In this document: positions 39,700 to 53,949 of the stretch, piece by piece
Position numbering within the stretch: the first letter of the stretch is position 1
Layout: every line of letters begins with the position of its first letter
DNA from: Haplodiscus bocki
Taxonomy: Eukaryota
Assembly: GCA_965655095.1 (NCBI GenBank)
Contig: OZ296655.1
Coordinates: forward strand, 84,506,001-84,570,000
Reading direction: 5' to 3'
DNA: 64,000 nt
Program-made: the position numbers and the translations under genes
Notes under the pieces: model-generated
Databases searched by the model: none
What the model saw: the letters and a program-made list of their open reading frames with translations, nothing else
Told to the model about the DNA's origin: nothing

Positions 39700-40500
39700 G
39701 TTCCTCCCAGTAGGGTATGTCATGCATTGTAAAAGCAAGCAACTTTTTTTCATCAATTCAGTATTGGTATTTTTTGGAAAAAGTTCGAAAAGCAAGAAAC
39801 CAAGTAGATATGGGTTTCATTGATATGCCTTGAAACAACGAAATCAATTCAATGGATTGATAATGTGAATGAGGCGGTAAGTCAGGGCAAAACTGTTCAC
39901 TGCAAGCACGAAATTTGTTTCGAGAAAATTTTAAATGAAAATTCAAAGCATGATGCGGTGGCATATGGAAAATGTTTCATAAGGTGGAGCATGCAAATGC
40001 GATAACGAATGAGTATTGTGGGCAAAAGCAAAAAAAGACTTGATAGGTCGGTTTTCAGCAGTATCATGTAGAAACAACCGCAGATGGGTTTCAAGATTTT
40101 TAATCTCTACTTCAACAAGTCAATTCGTCGAAAGTGAAGTTCTTGAAGAATGTCCAATTTTAAACAGAGTACAGCACTTTGCCATTTCAATTTTGAGAAT
40201 TTTAATTCATTTATCTGCGATCAAGTTTTAGGAAGGTCTAAGTTTTGATAACCACTGGTGAATAAATGAGATGAGAGCGCATTGGGATTTTATTTCTGGA
40301 GTTAGGACAGTGGCATTGTATTAATTGAATTGGTCAACAGTGACATTAATGTAATGACTTCCTTCAGAGGCAGAGTTGAAAGGTTCTTTAGAATCCGTAG
40401 AGATCCTATGGGTAAATAAAATCTACAGTTTCGAGAAATTAAGATGTGGCGTTGTTTTGGTTCATGAGTTTTTGTTTATTAATTTAGCAATGGATACAAT
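39700..40500 (-). pseudogene. Integrase core remnant (single copy, zinc-finger N-part deleted)
   Basis: RISTDSKEPFNSASEGSHYINVTVDQFN*YNATVLTP; homologous to the + strand cores. Confidence 0.8.
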
Positions 40501-41089
40501 CAGGAAGGAAAAGAGCTCACTAAATTTGGATTTGCGTTTGAAAATGATGAATCATGGAAAGACTTGCTCAATCACTGCTTCATTACAGATGTAAATGTTT
40601 CATGAATAGTTTTCAGCTGTAGATTTTCATCTTCAGATTCACTATTTTTCTCAGAATTAGGTTGATTTTTAAGCAGTGATACTTTAGGATGAAAATGATT
40701 GTCATCAGGGTGTGTCTTTTCTCAAGGGGATCATATTTATCAGCGATATCGGCATCATTAAGGATATTAGAATATTGCAATAATTTTGCATAAATTTCTG
40801 ATTGGTTTCTAATTTGAGTTCGGATTGGTTTTACAGCTTCAATCGAAATTAGGTCCATTGTTTAGAAGTTTTTTGTCTCCTCTATCGTTAATTCGAATTG
40901 AGATTTGATCTTTTCGGAAATCAACTAAAAGTAATTGGCAATCATCTTTTTGTGAGGGATTTACAGTTTCGTGTTTAACCAAATTTTGCACAGATTTAAT
41001 TAAATTTTTTTTAAACCAAGTAATTGTTGCAAAATCAATTCTTGTAGGTAATTTTGTCTTCCAACTGATTTAGTTGCATTTTTTATTGG

Positions 41090-42400
41090 TTAAAACAACG
41101 GCTTAATATTTCAGCTGCTGCAACAATTATACTTTTGCATGAAAAAACGAAGTTGTTGAATCTTGGTTTAGTTGCGGTTGTGCCGTGTAGAGAGTTTGAC
41201 ATGGGATTTCTTTGTTCGTGAAACAGCTTAGAACTGGTTTGTGTTCAATTAGAACATCAATGAAGTGATCAAAGTCATCAAAATTATTTCCATATAGTGT
41301 TAGTGATTATAGCACACGGATTAGACCACGATAAATAGTAATGAGTTTTTTTTTATTATTGGCAAAAAGACAAGACTTGTATTTAGTAGCACCCAGTTTT
41401 CCGTTGTTAGTCGTTTGCAAAAGGAGGCAGACTATACCATTTAAGAAAAATTCGACAGTAAAAAAATGGATGGTTTGTATTAGGCAATGTCAGATTAGCA
41501 TCTTTTGTTGTACTGGTTTTACTTTGTTGGAATAGTGTTTTCAGTTCGTAATTCCAGTGAAAATCAACTTTATCAAGAAGTATAATGTGCAGAAAAGTCC
41601 TAATGACCTGAAGTTTTTCAAAAAATTTAGAGTAGAGCTTCATTGATGCAAAAACTTCATCAATTTGAGTTTTGTAGTTGTTGAAACAAGTTTGTGGATG
41701 GCAGCTAGTTTGGATAGAATTTGATTATATCCGATGAAACCCTTTTCAAATCTACGGTTTTTTAGAAACAAAAGAAATATTAGGTTTTATTTAAGAGCTA
41801 ATTCCAGTTTTTTTTCCTCGGTATCATCAGGAAATTGTTTGATAAAATGCAGCATATGCGGCATGAAGTTGACATGAGTAAGATATCATCAATGTACACC
41901 AACGCAGATCCTTGATGGATCTCATCTTCAAAAGAAAGAGACAATTCTGAATTGAAAAAAAATTTGGATTACCTTCAACGCAATAAAATCTTCTAATGAA
42001 AGCAAAAAGCTTATCAGGAGTTAAGAATACAGTTATTTTATTAGTTTCATCACCTAATGAAGCTTGTGCATATGCGTACATAACATCAATTGCAGATGTT
42101 TAAAATCTAGTTCTAGCAAGCTGTGTTGCTAAAGGTTCCAGTGGGCAACACACAGATGATTGATCACTGTTTGAGTTCAGATGTCTAGCATCCATAACAT
42201 TTTTATTAGAATCATTCTTTTTACCCAATGAAAGCTGGATTCGCGAAGGTTGTTCCAATATTTTATTTTTTGGCGAGTTGAGCAAATTTGTTGAAATATT
42301 CCACATTTTTTAAAGATCATCCGAAAAAACATTCATTTTTTGCCATTTTTTGAACAGGAACCTTGGTCGGTAATTGTGTTTGCAATTTAGCATGAGATTC
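41090..42400 (-). pseudogene. Reverse transcriptase + RNase H remnant, YIDD motif intact
   Basis: MYAYAQASLGDETNKITVFLTPDKLFAFIRRFY; ALVYIDDILLM with YIDD at 41885-41896; MDARHLNSNSDQSSVCCPLEPLATQLAR. Confidence 0.9.
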
Positions 42401-43178
42401 CAATCTAATCCGAAGGTAATAGAGTTCTTTCCGTCAACCCTAGGATCTGCAGCACAACATTTTTTCTCTAAAACGAACTTTTCAGAGTTCAATATATTCA
42501 GAATGATTAAGATCAGAGCATTGAAAAGTAAATATCTTCGGAATTTGTTAATTTTCTTTGCAGTATTGTAAAAGTGAAAGCTAGTTTTGGTAGGGTTGTT
42601 TTTTACAGACAGTATTACTGGCTATGTTCTCTTCTAGAAGATCTTATTGATTCACTCCAAAAGAAAAATGTGTTTGGTCATCTGGATGATGTTCTACAAG
42701 TGGTTCAGTTACAACACGAAGAAGGGAATGAACTCCCGAATGAATCAAAAATTTTAGATCAAAAAATCGACATTGAAGTGACATTTATAGTGGTATTAAG
42801 TATTTATCTATATTCTCTTATTCAAGAAGTGAGTGTAGCGATGTGTGTGACTTTATTTCGTTTAATAGTGGGCACCAATCTTCAGAACCTTTCGAATACT
42901 TTTCATTAAAAAATTTCGTACCAACCTCAGCAAAAAAAGAGTTTCAGTTATTCACTGAAATATTGTTCATTATTATCATTTTAAACAACAAAGCTTTTGT
43001 TTTTTTCTCTAGGAAAGGTAATGTTTCTACAGTATTGGCTTAAAATAGGTTAGCTTTTTTAAATGAATTGATAAATAAATGAAACAAACGAAAATTTTGC
43101 TCAAACAGTGTGAGAAAGGAGCACTTCTGGGCTAATCAATGACAGAGTGTTTGAAATTGCCAGTAGAAACTTGGATGC

Positions 43179-43535
43179 TTATATTGCAAACGTTTTCCTC
43201 CATTGGAATGTTACATTTGACATCAGCTCCAGCGAAGGGAATCTTGTAAAATTTTGATTTTGTTCCAATATATGAAAAAGAAGTTCAGAAGAATATTGTT
43301 TCTTGGAAACTCCAGATTGGTTTCCGATAGTCACCAGTTTTGGTGTATCTTGTTGATCTTGGTTACAAACAATGAACATCTGAGTGATGATTAGAAAAGT
43401 TGGTAATTTTTGGACGGGAATGGATGCGCCGCTATGTAATTCCAGCAACTTCCAGTCTTGAAGGTAACTTTGTATCATTTTTGTTGTCGGAATGAATAAA
43501 CAAGTTCTAAATCCAACTCGATAAAGTTCCAGCAC
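43179..43535 (-). pseudogene. Aspartic protease remnant
   Basis: LELHSGASIPV (catalytic D replaced by H). Confidence 0.7.
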
Positions 43536-44149
43536 CTGTCATTTCAGTGCAATCTAAAATGACTTCAAATTTGTCCTTCGGTTGTTTAAAAAATTTCAGT
43601 GTAAAGATACTGATTATCAGATGGATTTGATTCTAAAATATTATTAGATCTTCTATATGCAGATACAGCTCTCTAGGGTGGTCTTGACAGAAGTCGATGC
43701 GAAGAAAAACAATTTCTGAAAGAATGTGGACTATTGCCAGAATTAGATCTACAAAAGAACGGTAACGATATTTCTAAGTAATTAAAAAAATGAAGACATC
43801 TCGAACGTTTACGCTGTTTTCAAAAATCAGTGTGTCATTATCGTGAAGGAGATCAGTTAGAGTTTAAAACTCTAACATGATAATGATATCGAGATAGAGA
43901 GTTTTCGCGCGATCGAAACTGAAGGTGACCTAAAACGCCAGTTTGGGTATGGTGAAAATCGATTTCTTGAAACTAAGTGACTTCTGGAACCATAAATAAT
44001 ACGTGAATAATAGTTTACAGGGTTAACGGAACCTTGTTCAGTAGGATGAGTTCGATTTTGGTATGCTTTGAACTATTGAATATTAGATTTTACAGGCGAT
44101 CTCAATGTAGAATAGGACCTCCGTTTTCTTCCTTTGTCTATTCATTGTA

Positions 44150-44950
44150 TTGGAAAACAGCTTGAAACAAAATGGCTCAATTCATCACAATCACCCCAAT
44201 TTATCCGAACTTGAGATTTTCTTTCGTTATCCCGATCTTTTGTTTGTGCAAACATAACTTCAGGATTCGAATCTTGAAAAATTTGAAGACAAATTGTTGA
44301 ATTCCACTTTTGATTTCACGTTATTATTTCCAGTGATGGATAAAGAGTACGAATTTTTGCTTTGGCTTCATATTCAGCATCAAAAAGTCCAACCAGTGTA
44401 TGATCAGGAATGGAAGGTTACATGTTTGACTTGGCCTTTATGAGCAAAATTTTTCTGTTTTTGGGAATCCTCGATTGAAAATTTCGTTACACTTGAGGTT
44501 AATAAGTGCTGCAGACTCATTACAGCAGCCCTTTTGAACTACGTGTTGAATTTTCAGAGCGTACAGGCGTACATTTTCAGCATTTTTTTATTATTTGATC
44601 ATGATTTTCGAATTTTGCGTTTTATGCAATTTTTTTTATTGAAAAAAAAATGTTTTTTGAAAGCAGATACAAAGCCAGACCAATTGTTTCTGTTTTGTTC
44701 ATGATGTCGATTAACCAACTCAAAACGAATCCAGATAAAAAGCATCGAAAAAATGCCTTTTTTTGTGCCATTGACTATAAATTACTGGATCGAGAGCCTT
44801 TCTTCCCCTAGTAAAAATCATGTCTGCATCATTTTGAATCAAATGTTTTTCATGAGTATATTGATGGTCAAGTTCATGGAAGCGTTTTTTGAGAATTGTT
44901 CATTGCAACAAAAAATTCAGTATAATTCTGTTTAATTACAAGAGACGGGC
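44150..44950 (-). pseudogene. gag core remnant
   Basis: Mirror of 21270-22090. Confidence 0.6.
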
Positions 44951-47900
44951 TCATTGAATTCACAGGAGGATCAGGAAACGATGAAGACAAACTTGCAGAA
45001 TGACCTTCATTAGGTGCAGTATGACAATAATATAACGTTTGTGTGGATCTTTAGTATTGGTTTCAAAATTATTTTTGTTTGAACTAATCAATGGAAGAAC
45101 AAACTGCAATCTTCTGGGGAGCCAAAAGAGGTTTTGACAATGTAGGAAAAGCAGTGGTGATTGCTTTCACCATAAAGGTATGATCATTGGATCTATTTGA
45201 TTGAGTTGCAACAGCTGAATTACTTTGAAGTTGGTTTAAAACATCACTGAATGGTTTCTATAGTGGTATTTCTCTTTGAATTCTATTTCATTGCGGATTG
45301 GTAACGTTGCAGTATTCTGAAAACGAAATTGATAATTAGCTTCATCAGAAGGATTATCTTTGGATGCAGACTTTCAGATGTATTTGGTTCGATTTTTGAG
45401 TCAGGATTACTTCAAATAGTTTTCTCAGTGGTATAATACTACATAGTATCAGATTAAAACTGGTTTGAGGATAAACTTTGGTAACTTCAGTAAGATGTGT
45501 ACTTTCGGTGGTTTCAGTTTTGTTTTTGTTTGGTTTGGAAAAAACAGTTGTTTTTTGTGATTGAGGTTGAAAACTTGGGGTATTTTTTTTTGTTTTGATC
45601 ATTTAACTAAAGGTTTTTCAGTCAGCATTGACTGGTTTGAACGTATTTGGTCAATCTGATGATCTAATGGACTGTTTGCAGAAATTTCTCTTGTTATCAT
45701 AGCAAGTAGTATTTCCAGTTGAAAAGAACTGTCCGTTTTGCTTTGGACAATCTTAAGTTACCTTCTGCTGAACATTTCCAAGTTCAATCAAGAAAGGAAC
45801 GACTTCCTGTTCTGTGAGGTGATCAGAAACTTTTCATAACAACTTTGATATAGAGTTTTGCATATAAGTTGAAAGTTGAATATGAAGAACTTTCTAAGAA
45901 ACAGCGATTAAATTTTGTTTGGGGTATCGTTACAGTGTTTGAAACAGTTAGCTTCGATAAAATTGCTTTCTGAAAATCATTGATTTGAGCAAAGTCTCTT
46001 ACATGCCGATTTCGTAGATTTAAAAAGTATACTTTTTAGGATTTTCAAAAAGTTATTGTTTTAATTTGAAATTCATCAAATGCAGAGGAAACAACCCTAG
46101 GGTTGTTCGAAAAACTCTTTAGTTTTTTTATATTTATTGTGAATAGGAATAAATTGATCCTGAATAGGTAAAGAAAATCGATAAATTGCTTTCGAAAAGT
46201 CTCCTTTCTGATTTTTTAAAATGGTCTATTAAACTATCATCAAATGTACATGATCAGAAGTTGATTCACAATTTCTATAAGGAACATAATATAAACAAGA
46301 GTCATGATGCTTTCTAAGTAGAAAAATGAATAATTATCTTTACAGCGTTTTTCAGAAGGCAAGAAAGTTATTGAATTAGTAACAACATTTTCAGTATTTT
46401 CGATGAAATCCGTGAAAAATGTTGTTTTTGTACTTCCGTTACAATTAGAAAAATGAATGCAGTGGTTAATAAAAACTCGCAACTAGCAACTTGCTGCGAA
46501 GGTACTTTTTGTGAAGGTGAGGATATCTTTTGAGTAATTTCGAGAAAAGTATTCTCAGCTTAACCTAGAGCTTCAGGTTGATTCAATTGATGATCAATTG
46601 TTTCCGTTCCAGTTCTTGTTTTCATAAAAAATGACTGGTAGCTTCCATATTTCATTGATGTTGAGGTTTAAACGATCAAATTTCTTTTGGGTCGGTTTTG
46701 ATTAGAAAACTTCAGATATGTGTTGTTGCATTTCCTAAGATGAATTTTGTACTTGTTCAATAAAATTTTGAGAGTGGGAACAATTATCAATTTGCAGTGG
46801 ATTTTGTTCGGTAGTTTCAGTCGGATTTGTATTTGGTGTCACATATGTCTGATCTTGATGAGAGTCAGTTTTATTTCCAACTTTGTTTTTTATAACCTTT
46901 TTTTTCATCTTTTGTTGAAGTATTTGATTTTGATTTAAGAGTTTTGTGTCCACTTGAAATGATGGTTTCAAAAATTATGGGTCTCCGAAGCTTTGGGTTC
47001 AATTGAATGCCGAAAATTTTACTTAGAAATATGAGATTTTTAGGGCAAACTCATTGCAAAAAATCAAATGCACAAAAATTCACAGTGTTGTGTGTGTTTT
47101 TTTGACTTCCAACATCCAGCAAAGAGTGTAAAGCAAAAAACAACATGGATTGAAGAAGTTTGAGATCAACAGAGAAGTTCCTTCAAAGTGAATTAAATAT
47201 TTGAACATGTGTTTGTTCAAAGGGTTGTTAGGAGAGTTGAAAAACTTCTTTGAATGTGAAAGCTTTTAATTTTTTTAGGGAATATAACGTGGGGTAAATT
47301 AGTTTTAAGACAAAAATTGAGAGACTCTGAACAAACATCGTTCTCGAACATTGGAGACTCGATTGGCAGAACGAAGTTTAGTACTGTTTAGGATTTCTCT
47401 AGTTTTCAAAAAGTTTCTAACTAAGGTTTAAGCAGTCACCTTAATAGACAGCTACATAAAAATTCAAAGCTGTTATGCAAAACAAAAATTCATGTTCTGA
47501 CTCTATATCTTACGGGTTGAGAAAAGAAAATGAGACAGAGAAGGAGCCAAAACTGCTCACAATTGAGAGTTTTTCAGAACAGAAAAGATCAGTGCAAGTA
47601 GACTTGTATTAGAATAAACCTTTTCGAAGGAAGGAATTAATGATCAGGGGATAGCAATGAAAAATGCTTATGTGAAAGAGGGAGTGAACACATAATGAAC
47701 TTTAATGAAAGAAAAAACACAAAAATAACGGTGAAGAAAATTCAGAGGAAAAAATATTGATTTCACAGGAGAGTCATTGAAATTTTTCAGTCTGAGAGTC
47801 GAATTTGGGTCGACGATAACAGAAAAAGAAGTTATACACAAATTGATAATTATGTAACAAAATTGGCAAAAAAAGAATGCTGCCCTAACACTATAATTCT

Positions 47901-49974
47901 GTAAACTCAAAGTCTCCTACACAGACCTGAATGGAATACAATCGAAATCTACGCGGTATTCAGTTACAAAGACTCACAGCAAAATAAATGTAGAAATGCT
48001 GCCGTTTTTAAAGTCGAAACGAATGTCGGAGTTTATAGTCCAAAAACTGACATTTCAAAGTGGAAAGGTCTATCGAGCCTGAAATCACAAAAACTATGGA
48101 AGTTGATGCTCCAAAGGACTAAAAGCTCGAAAATGAAACGACTATCAAGTTTAAAGTCGAAACAACTTCACCAAAAATGAAGGAATTTTTGGAAAAACTT
48201 TCGAATTTTTTCAAGAAGACGACTGAAAAATGAAAAGAGACAAGGAACATTACATGTAGTGAAAGGAGAAACAGAGAAAGTCTGTGAAAGTTAACGCAGA
48301 GAAATTTGACGAGCATGAATTTTCACTCGCTTCATACCAGAATATAATAACTTTAACAGAAGATGTTTTTGGACTTTACTTGTAAAAATCATACAACGAG
48401 GAGGCCTTCCTCTAAAACTGAATTTACTTGATATTACTCTGCATACGCGAAAATTTCCAAATGTTTCCCAACAAGTTAGGCGAGAACAGCAACCAGTCTC
48501 TACTCGGACAATACTTCCACTCTTGTTCGATATCTAAATCATAAACATCTAAGAAAGTCATAAATAAGCAAAATGTACAAAGTTACATTTTGTTCAATGA
48601 TTTTTCTGAACATCTTCTCTAGAGATTGTATGCACTCAGTCCGACCGGGTTTGAATTATAAGTCTATTGTTTTCAGAGTATGTTTAGGAAAGTTTAGTAA
48701 GTTTCGATGGGCTTTCAGTTTTGGGTTCTATCATCATACCTAACGTCAAAGTCTTTTGTTCTCACCAAAGATTTTCAGTTATAGGAACGTTCAATCTTTG
48801 ACAGTCTTTCCGTTTTACAGGAGTCCGAATCGGGTTAGACTACTTTTCCAAGTAATTCTCTAGGGTTGGACATTTAGTTAGGTGCAAAATTCAAGACTCA
48901 TCAACCTTAATTGATGGATTTCAGTTTGATGGTCATAAAAACTTTTTTTCGAATTTCCTAAAGTTTTATTTAGGTTTGAGAAGCTTCAGCACAAGCTGTT
49001 CTCACTTTTTTTGATTGTTCATTCAAATGAGTTGGTTTAAAAGAACAACATGACAGTTCTTTTTGATGACGTCCTATGAAAGAGTTGCTTGTCAGTTTAC
49101 TGGAATGAAACATTTCAACCTCCTGAGGTGGTCATCAAACATGAAGGGGTTATCAACATATAAACAAGAGAACTATCTCAAAGGTTTGAGTTGAGTGGGG
49201 CGCAATTGAATAATTGAGTCGGAGTTCTCGAAGTCTTTGTAAAATGAGCAGTTCTTCAGACTTTTCGATCATTCAAAGTAGAATTTCTTTGATTTCCTCG
49301 AGGTCCTTAGTCACAAAGTCTTTTTGCTTGTTCACTGTGCTTTAATCCCCGAAGCGATAAAAAATGAGCAGATATGAATAAAAAGCGGGCACTTGCAACG
49401 AGTTGGGACTGAAAGTTATGAAATGTTGCGGGAGTTTCAGTTTATCAGTAGTACTTCAGAGTCTGGAATAAAGAAACTTACTAATCCAAGTTGAATGAGC
49501 TTCACAAAGTTGGTTCACCAATTATTCCTGAAAATTAGTTCATGAATTTCATTTTGTCCATTTCCTGAAGTTACATTGGAGAAGTTGTCAGAGTGATTAT
49601 TTTAAGGGTTGGGACAAATTGAATACGATTTCAATATGTTTGTTTCACCTTATGCATAAAATTATAACCTAAAAAGTCGCGAGACAATTAAAAACGCATG
49701 GATTTGCAAGATACGCAAGAGTAGTTTTTTGTAAAACTGTGATTGTTATGTATTTGAAATGAATACAGAAGAAATTTTATCAGATTTACAACAAAAATTT
49801 GAGAACCTTAATAAAAAAAAAGTTTCACGACTTCATAAGTTTTGTGAAAGAGCAAAAACGAGTTTGGAAGTTTTTTGAAAATGATTCAAAATTTCACACT
49901 CTGAAAAAACCTTGAGTTTAAACTGTGCGTTGGATTTGCGTTTGCATCAGAGCAGTAATAGGGTTGACGCTGAA

Positions 49975-50434
49975 TGTGTGAAGTATTGTGAGCAGCGACA
50001 GTTCAACCCGACTGAGAGTATGTTCGGACCAGGTTAGGAACAGATTAGGTGCGGATTGGGAGCAGATTTCAATCGGGTTTATTCAACTCAGTCAGGACGT
50101 AGACCAGTACTAAATCATTTAAAACATTTGTATCAGTATCCAGATAAACATCAGCAATCAAAGTATTGCCCATTCCTTTGGAATATGATACGCCATTTAA
50201 GCAAACAAGAGAACCAGTGAAGGCAGAACAATGCAGAAAAACAGGAGCAGAGCAAAAAACTAGACAACCAGAATCCAGCAATTTCGAGATCCAGCGACAG
50301 AAACCCATAGAGATGGAAATCCAATGAGGCGGAAATCTAGTGACAGATATCCAGTGTCGATGAACAACCAGTCAACCAGTGGAAAACCAGTGAGCCAGAG
50401 GAGAGGGCCGGAGAGCCACTGAGTTATTATTACA
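49975..50434 (-). repeat. Candidate LTR (~460 bp) shared between consecutive units
   Basis: TGT...ACA termini in element orientation, internal AATAAA, distinct composition. Sits between the post-env ORFs and the leader/gag. Roughly 90% identical (by eye) to 63450-63899. Confidence 0.5.
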
Positions 50435-50459
50435 GATAGAAAAAAAACTGTTGCCAATT

Positions 50460-53400
50460 TACAGAAGTAGATTTTTTGAAGATTACTGTTGAGAGTTTTT
50501 AGAAGTTCAGCGCTTTTGTTCACAAAATAACAGGTTTATCGTTTGAACGTTTTCTGTACTCCATTGTTCTGTGAGGATTATGTGTGGAAGGGTTAGTTTT
50601 TGGATACATTTGTTTTTCCATGACAGGTTGATACCATACTGCTCCAAAGATTCTTCTCAAGTTTGGCTTTTTTGAAAAGTCCTAATGAAGATGTATGAAT
50701 TTCTGCTGTCAAAATTTTTAAAGGATTTTGAGGTGGGTACGTTGCAGTATAAGATGAAAAAAAGTCCGTTTGTGCATAGTTAACATTTAATGTGTCAATG
50801 TTCAGAGGGAAGTTCATCATCAACATCAAATATCAGTGAAGAACAATGACTTGCAGAAAGGTTCAAAAAGTTTTCAGGGTTACCAAAATGTCTGTGAGTT
50901 GTTGATAATGAAGTACTGAAGTTCAAGACAAACTTCAGTACTTGGAAATGTAAAAAAAAGTCAGTTTTCAGTTTGAATTAAAACATTCATGATTTCCTTC
51001 CTCATTTTTTCAGATCACTGTCATTTTGATCAAACGAGGTGCTCAGTGAATAACCTTGACTTATCAGATATAACAACGGAGTGTTAACAAGATGATCAGA
51101 TGTATCTTAATCACCGAGCTAATTTCAGGAGAATAATGTTACACGAAAACGATGGAAAATTGTGACCTTGAAGAGGTTTTTTCCCAGAAAATGCGGGTGT
51201 TCATTGAGAACATGAAGTGCCTTGATGAGAGATACCCGTAATGTAGCTAATTGGAACTGTCTCAAGTTCTTCGAGTTTTTTTTGCGTCGACTGTGGAACG
51301 CGGATAGGAAAAAAGAGTTTCCAAAAATAATGATGTTGGCTACAGGAAATATATTTTGTTAAAGTACAGATTTTCTAGAAGTCTTCAGAAAACGGGCTGA
51401 AAAAGAGCTGAACATTTTTCAAAAAAACTTGAATAAACGCTTCACAGTAAAAAGAAAAAGTTTCAGAAGTGTAAAATCACATAATATACAGTGGAAAACG
51501 TATGTTACCTTGTATGGACAATTCCAAACGAAAAATGTCAAAAATTTTTTTGGTTCAAGGTTGATAGAGAAAAATTCTTTCAGTATTGTAACAGCAGATT
51601 GCAATTCACTTGATGATCGTTGCATTGCTCTCAGACTCACTTGCCAATTTCCGCCAGAAAAGTATGCAGCGTGATATCCGTGAAAAACTTTTTAAAATTT
51701 TAAAATCGGATAGTTCAGAAATACCAAATCGGTACGGTTTAATCAATTCTTCACTTTGTTTGATGAGCTCAAACATTTTTTGGAATTCATTGGAGTGATC
51801 ATTTTCGATAGATTCAATTTCAGGATTCATAGTTCCATAAACAATTGGAGAAGAGGTAACTTGAGCATGAGATGCAGTTCGTGAAATCTTTGGAGGAAAG
51901 GGTCGGTATTGCTTCTTCAAGATGAAAATTTGTGTTCGCGCAGTCAAAAAGTGTGTTTTACTATAGGTATAATGTTTTGAGGCAAAAACATTTTTGATTT
52001 CAGAGCTTTGTCATTCAATGGATGATCAAAGACATTTGACAAGTGCTGACACATTTGACAAAATTTGCATCGAATACATGCTGGGTCAAAATGCAGAGAA
52101 TCAGTAGAAAAAGAGCATTCTGGCGGAAGAATCAAAGGTCTATCGGAAAGCAATTTTTGGGATAAAAACAACAGTTTTCTTCAAAGGGTCCCAACATCTC
52201 AGCGGACCAAGTGTATATGTAAAACAATTTCAATGAGAAGGAAGAAGTAAACATTCTTGTTTTAAGATGATATTTTTTCTGAGTTTGGGATGATATTTAT
52301 CCCAAAATCGTTCATTTGTCTCATGATGGACCCGCTTTTCTATCAAAATTTGGAATATTGGATTTGAGTCATTGATATGCAAATCAAGCACAGAGGAACG
52401 TGGAAAAGTAATTTGCAGAGTGAAGATTTTTTGATTGTTGGAAGACCAGTAATCGTATGGCGGTAAAATGCTCAGACGCATACCAGATATAATGATCATT
52501 GTACAGGTTTTCAACAGGATTAAATTTTTACGGTGTTGAAACCAAAAAAGCGAATTCAATTGAGAATACAATTCGATTTTTTCATCAAAACATTTCAGAT
52601 GTAAGGGAATCATCCTGATGAAAATCAGATTTTTGTGTTGACTTCAGAGTAGAAAGCAAAAATTTAGAAGTTGAAAATGCAGGGCCTCTCAGAAAAGTGA
52701 ATTTATTTTAGTCGGATTTGGAGGAGTCAGTTTCACAGGTTTTGTTTTCTCCATAGTTTTTTTAAAATCATTTTAAGCAGTTGAGAGCATCAGCAAAAGT
52801 TTCTTGGGCATCCATTTCATCAATTAAGGAGTTATAGGAACCATGCAAGGAGTGCTTAATTTTAGTATTTGGATTTGTATTTTGCGGAAGATCAAGAAGT
52901 GAACTTTGCGGTGACACAGTTTTCTTCATTTCCATTTGGTACACTAATCAGTGGAGCTTGTATATGAAAGTCAGTGGGATGAAGGGAAACTTCCAAAATT
53001 CCCTTCAGTAATATTATCAATAGATTTTTTTTGAAAAAGGGTTTGAAATTGAGGCACCAGTTGTGTCATATGTTTGAGGTTCCGTTCCGTCAATTGTACT
53101 TGAGGGTTTAATGGAAGAAAAAAAAATGAGTGGTACAGGATCAATTGTGCAGAAATGGAAGAACGAAACCAGCGCTGACGAAGTCTTTGCAGAGTAGTTG
53201 GATGATTTTTTTCTCATAAATTTTTTTACTGAAGTACAATTTTTTCAGAGTTTCTCAATGAAGAAAAATTGTGACATGAATTAAAGTGAAAGTTGTATTA
53301 TCAGAACTTGGAAGAAAACTTGATGTGATTGGAAGAAGGAAGAAAGAAATCTTTCAGAAATTCAGTGAAAGAAATCAGGAAGGTAGAGTTCTAGTTGAAT

Positions 53401-53850
53401 ATCAGTCATCAAAAGAAATTGCAGAGTTAATTTTTTTCAGCTTGGCAGTGTTTTTTATTTGATCAGATTTTATGAGATCAATTATGATTACATATCACAA
53501 AGGTAGGGTGGTTATGGGTGGTCAGTAGTTTTAGAAACGTTTGTGAGGACTTATCAGAGAGTTAGATCATAAATAATGACAGAAACCTATTTTTATCTAG
53601 AGAAGTTTTTGCAGTTGACACACTTGTATTATGTAGATAGGCAGATGGAAAAGTATTATTATTCCAAGATTCAAATAATTCTGTAATGACAATTTTCAAT
53701 TAGCAGTGAGCTTGACGATCCATTAGTTTCATAAGTTTCAGGCTTGATATCTGAATTTTATTTCGGAGAATTCTTTTGATTTTTCCAGCTACTACCTTTG
53801 AAGAAAATACGGGAAGGTCTACTGAACGTTTCTTCGCTGACGTTTTCCAT
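50460..53850 (-). pseudogene. Decayed post-env accessory ORF(s) of unknown function
   Basis: Chained same-strand fragments 53017-53217, 52230-52613, 51944-52171, 51606-51947, 50593-50829, each mirrored on + at 58-63 kb. Confidence 0.55.
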
Positions 53851-53949
53851 GCTCTGCTCCATGTTTATCACTACTCATTTTTGATGGAGCATTGTTGAAA
53901 AATCCGTATGCGTTTCAACTCAGTATACCATTTTTTTCTTGAAAACCCC

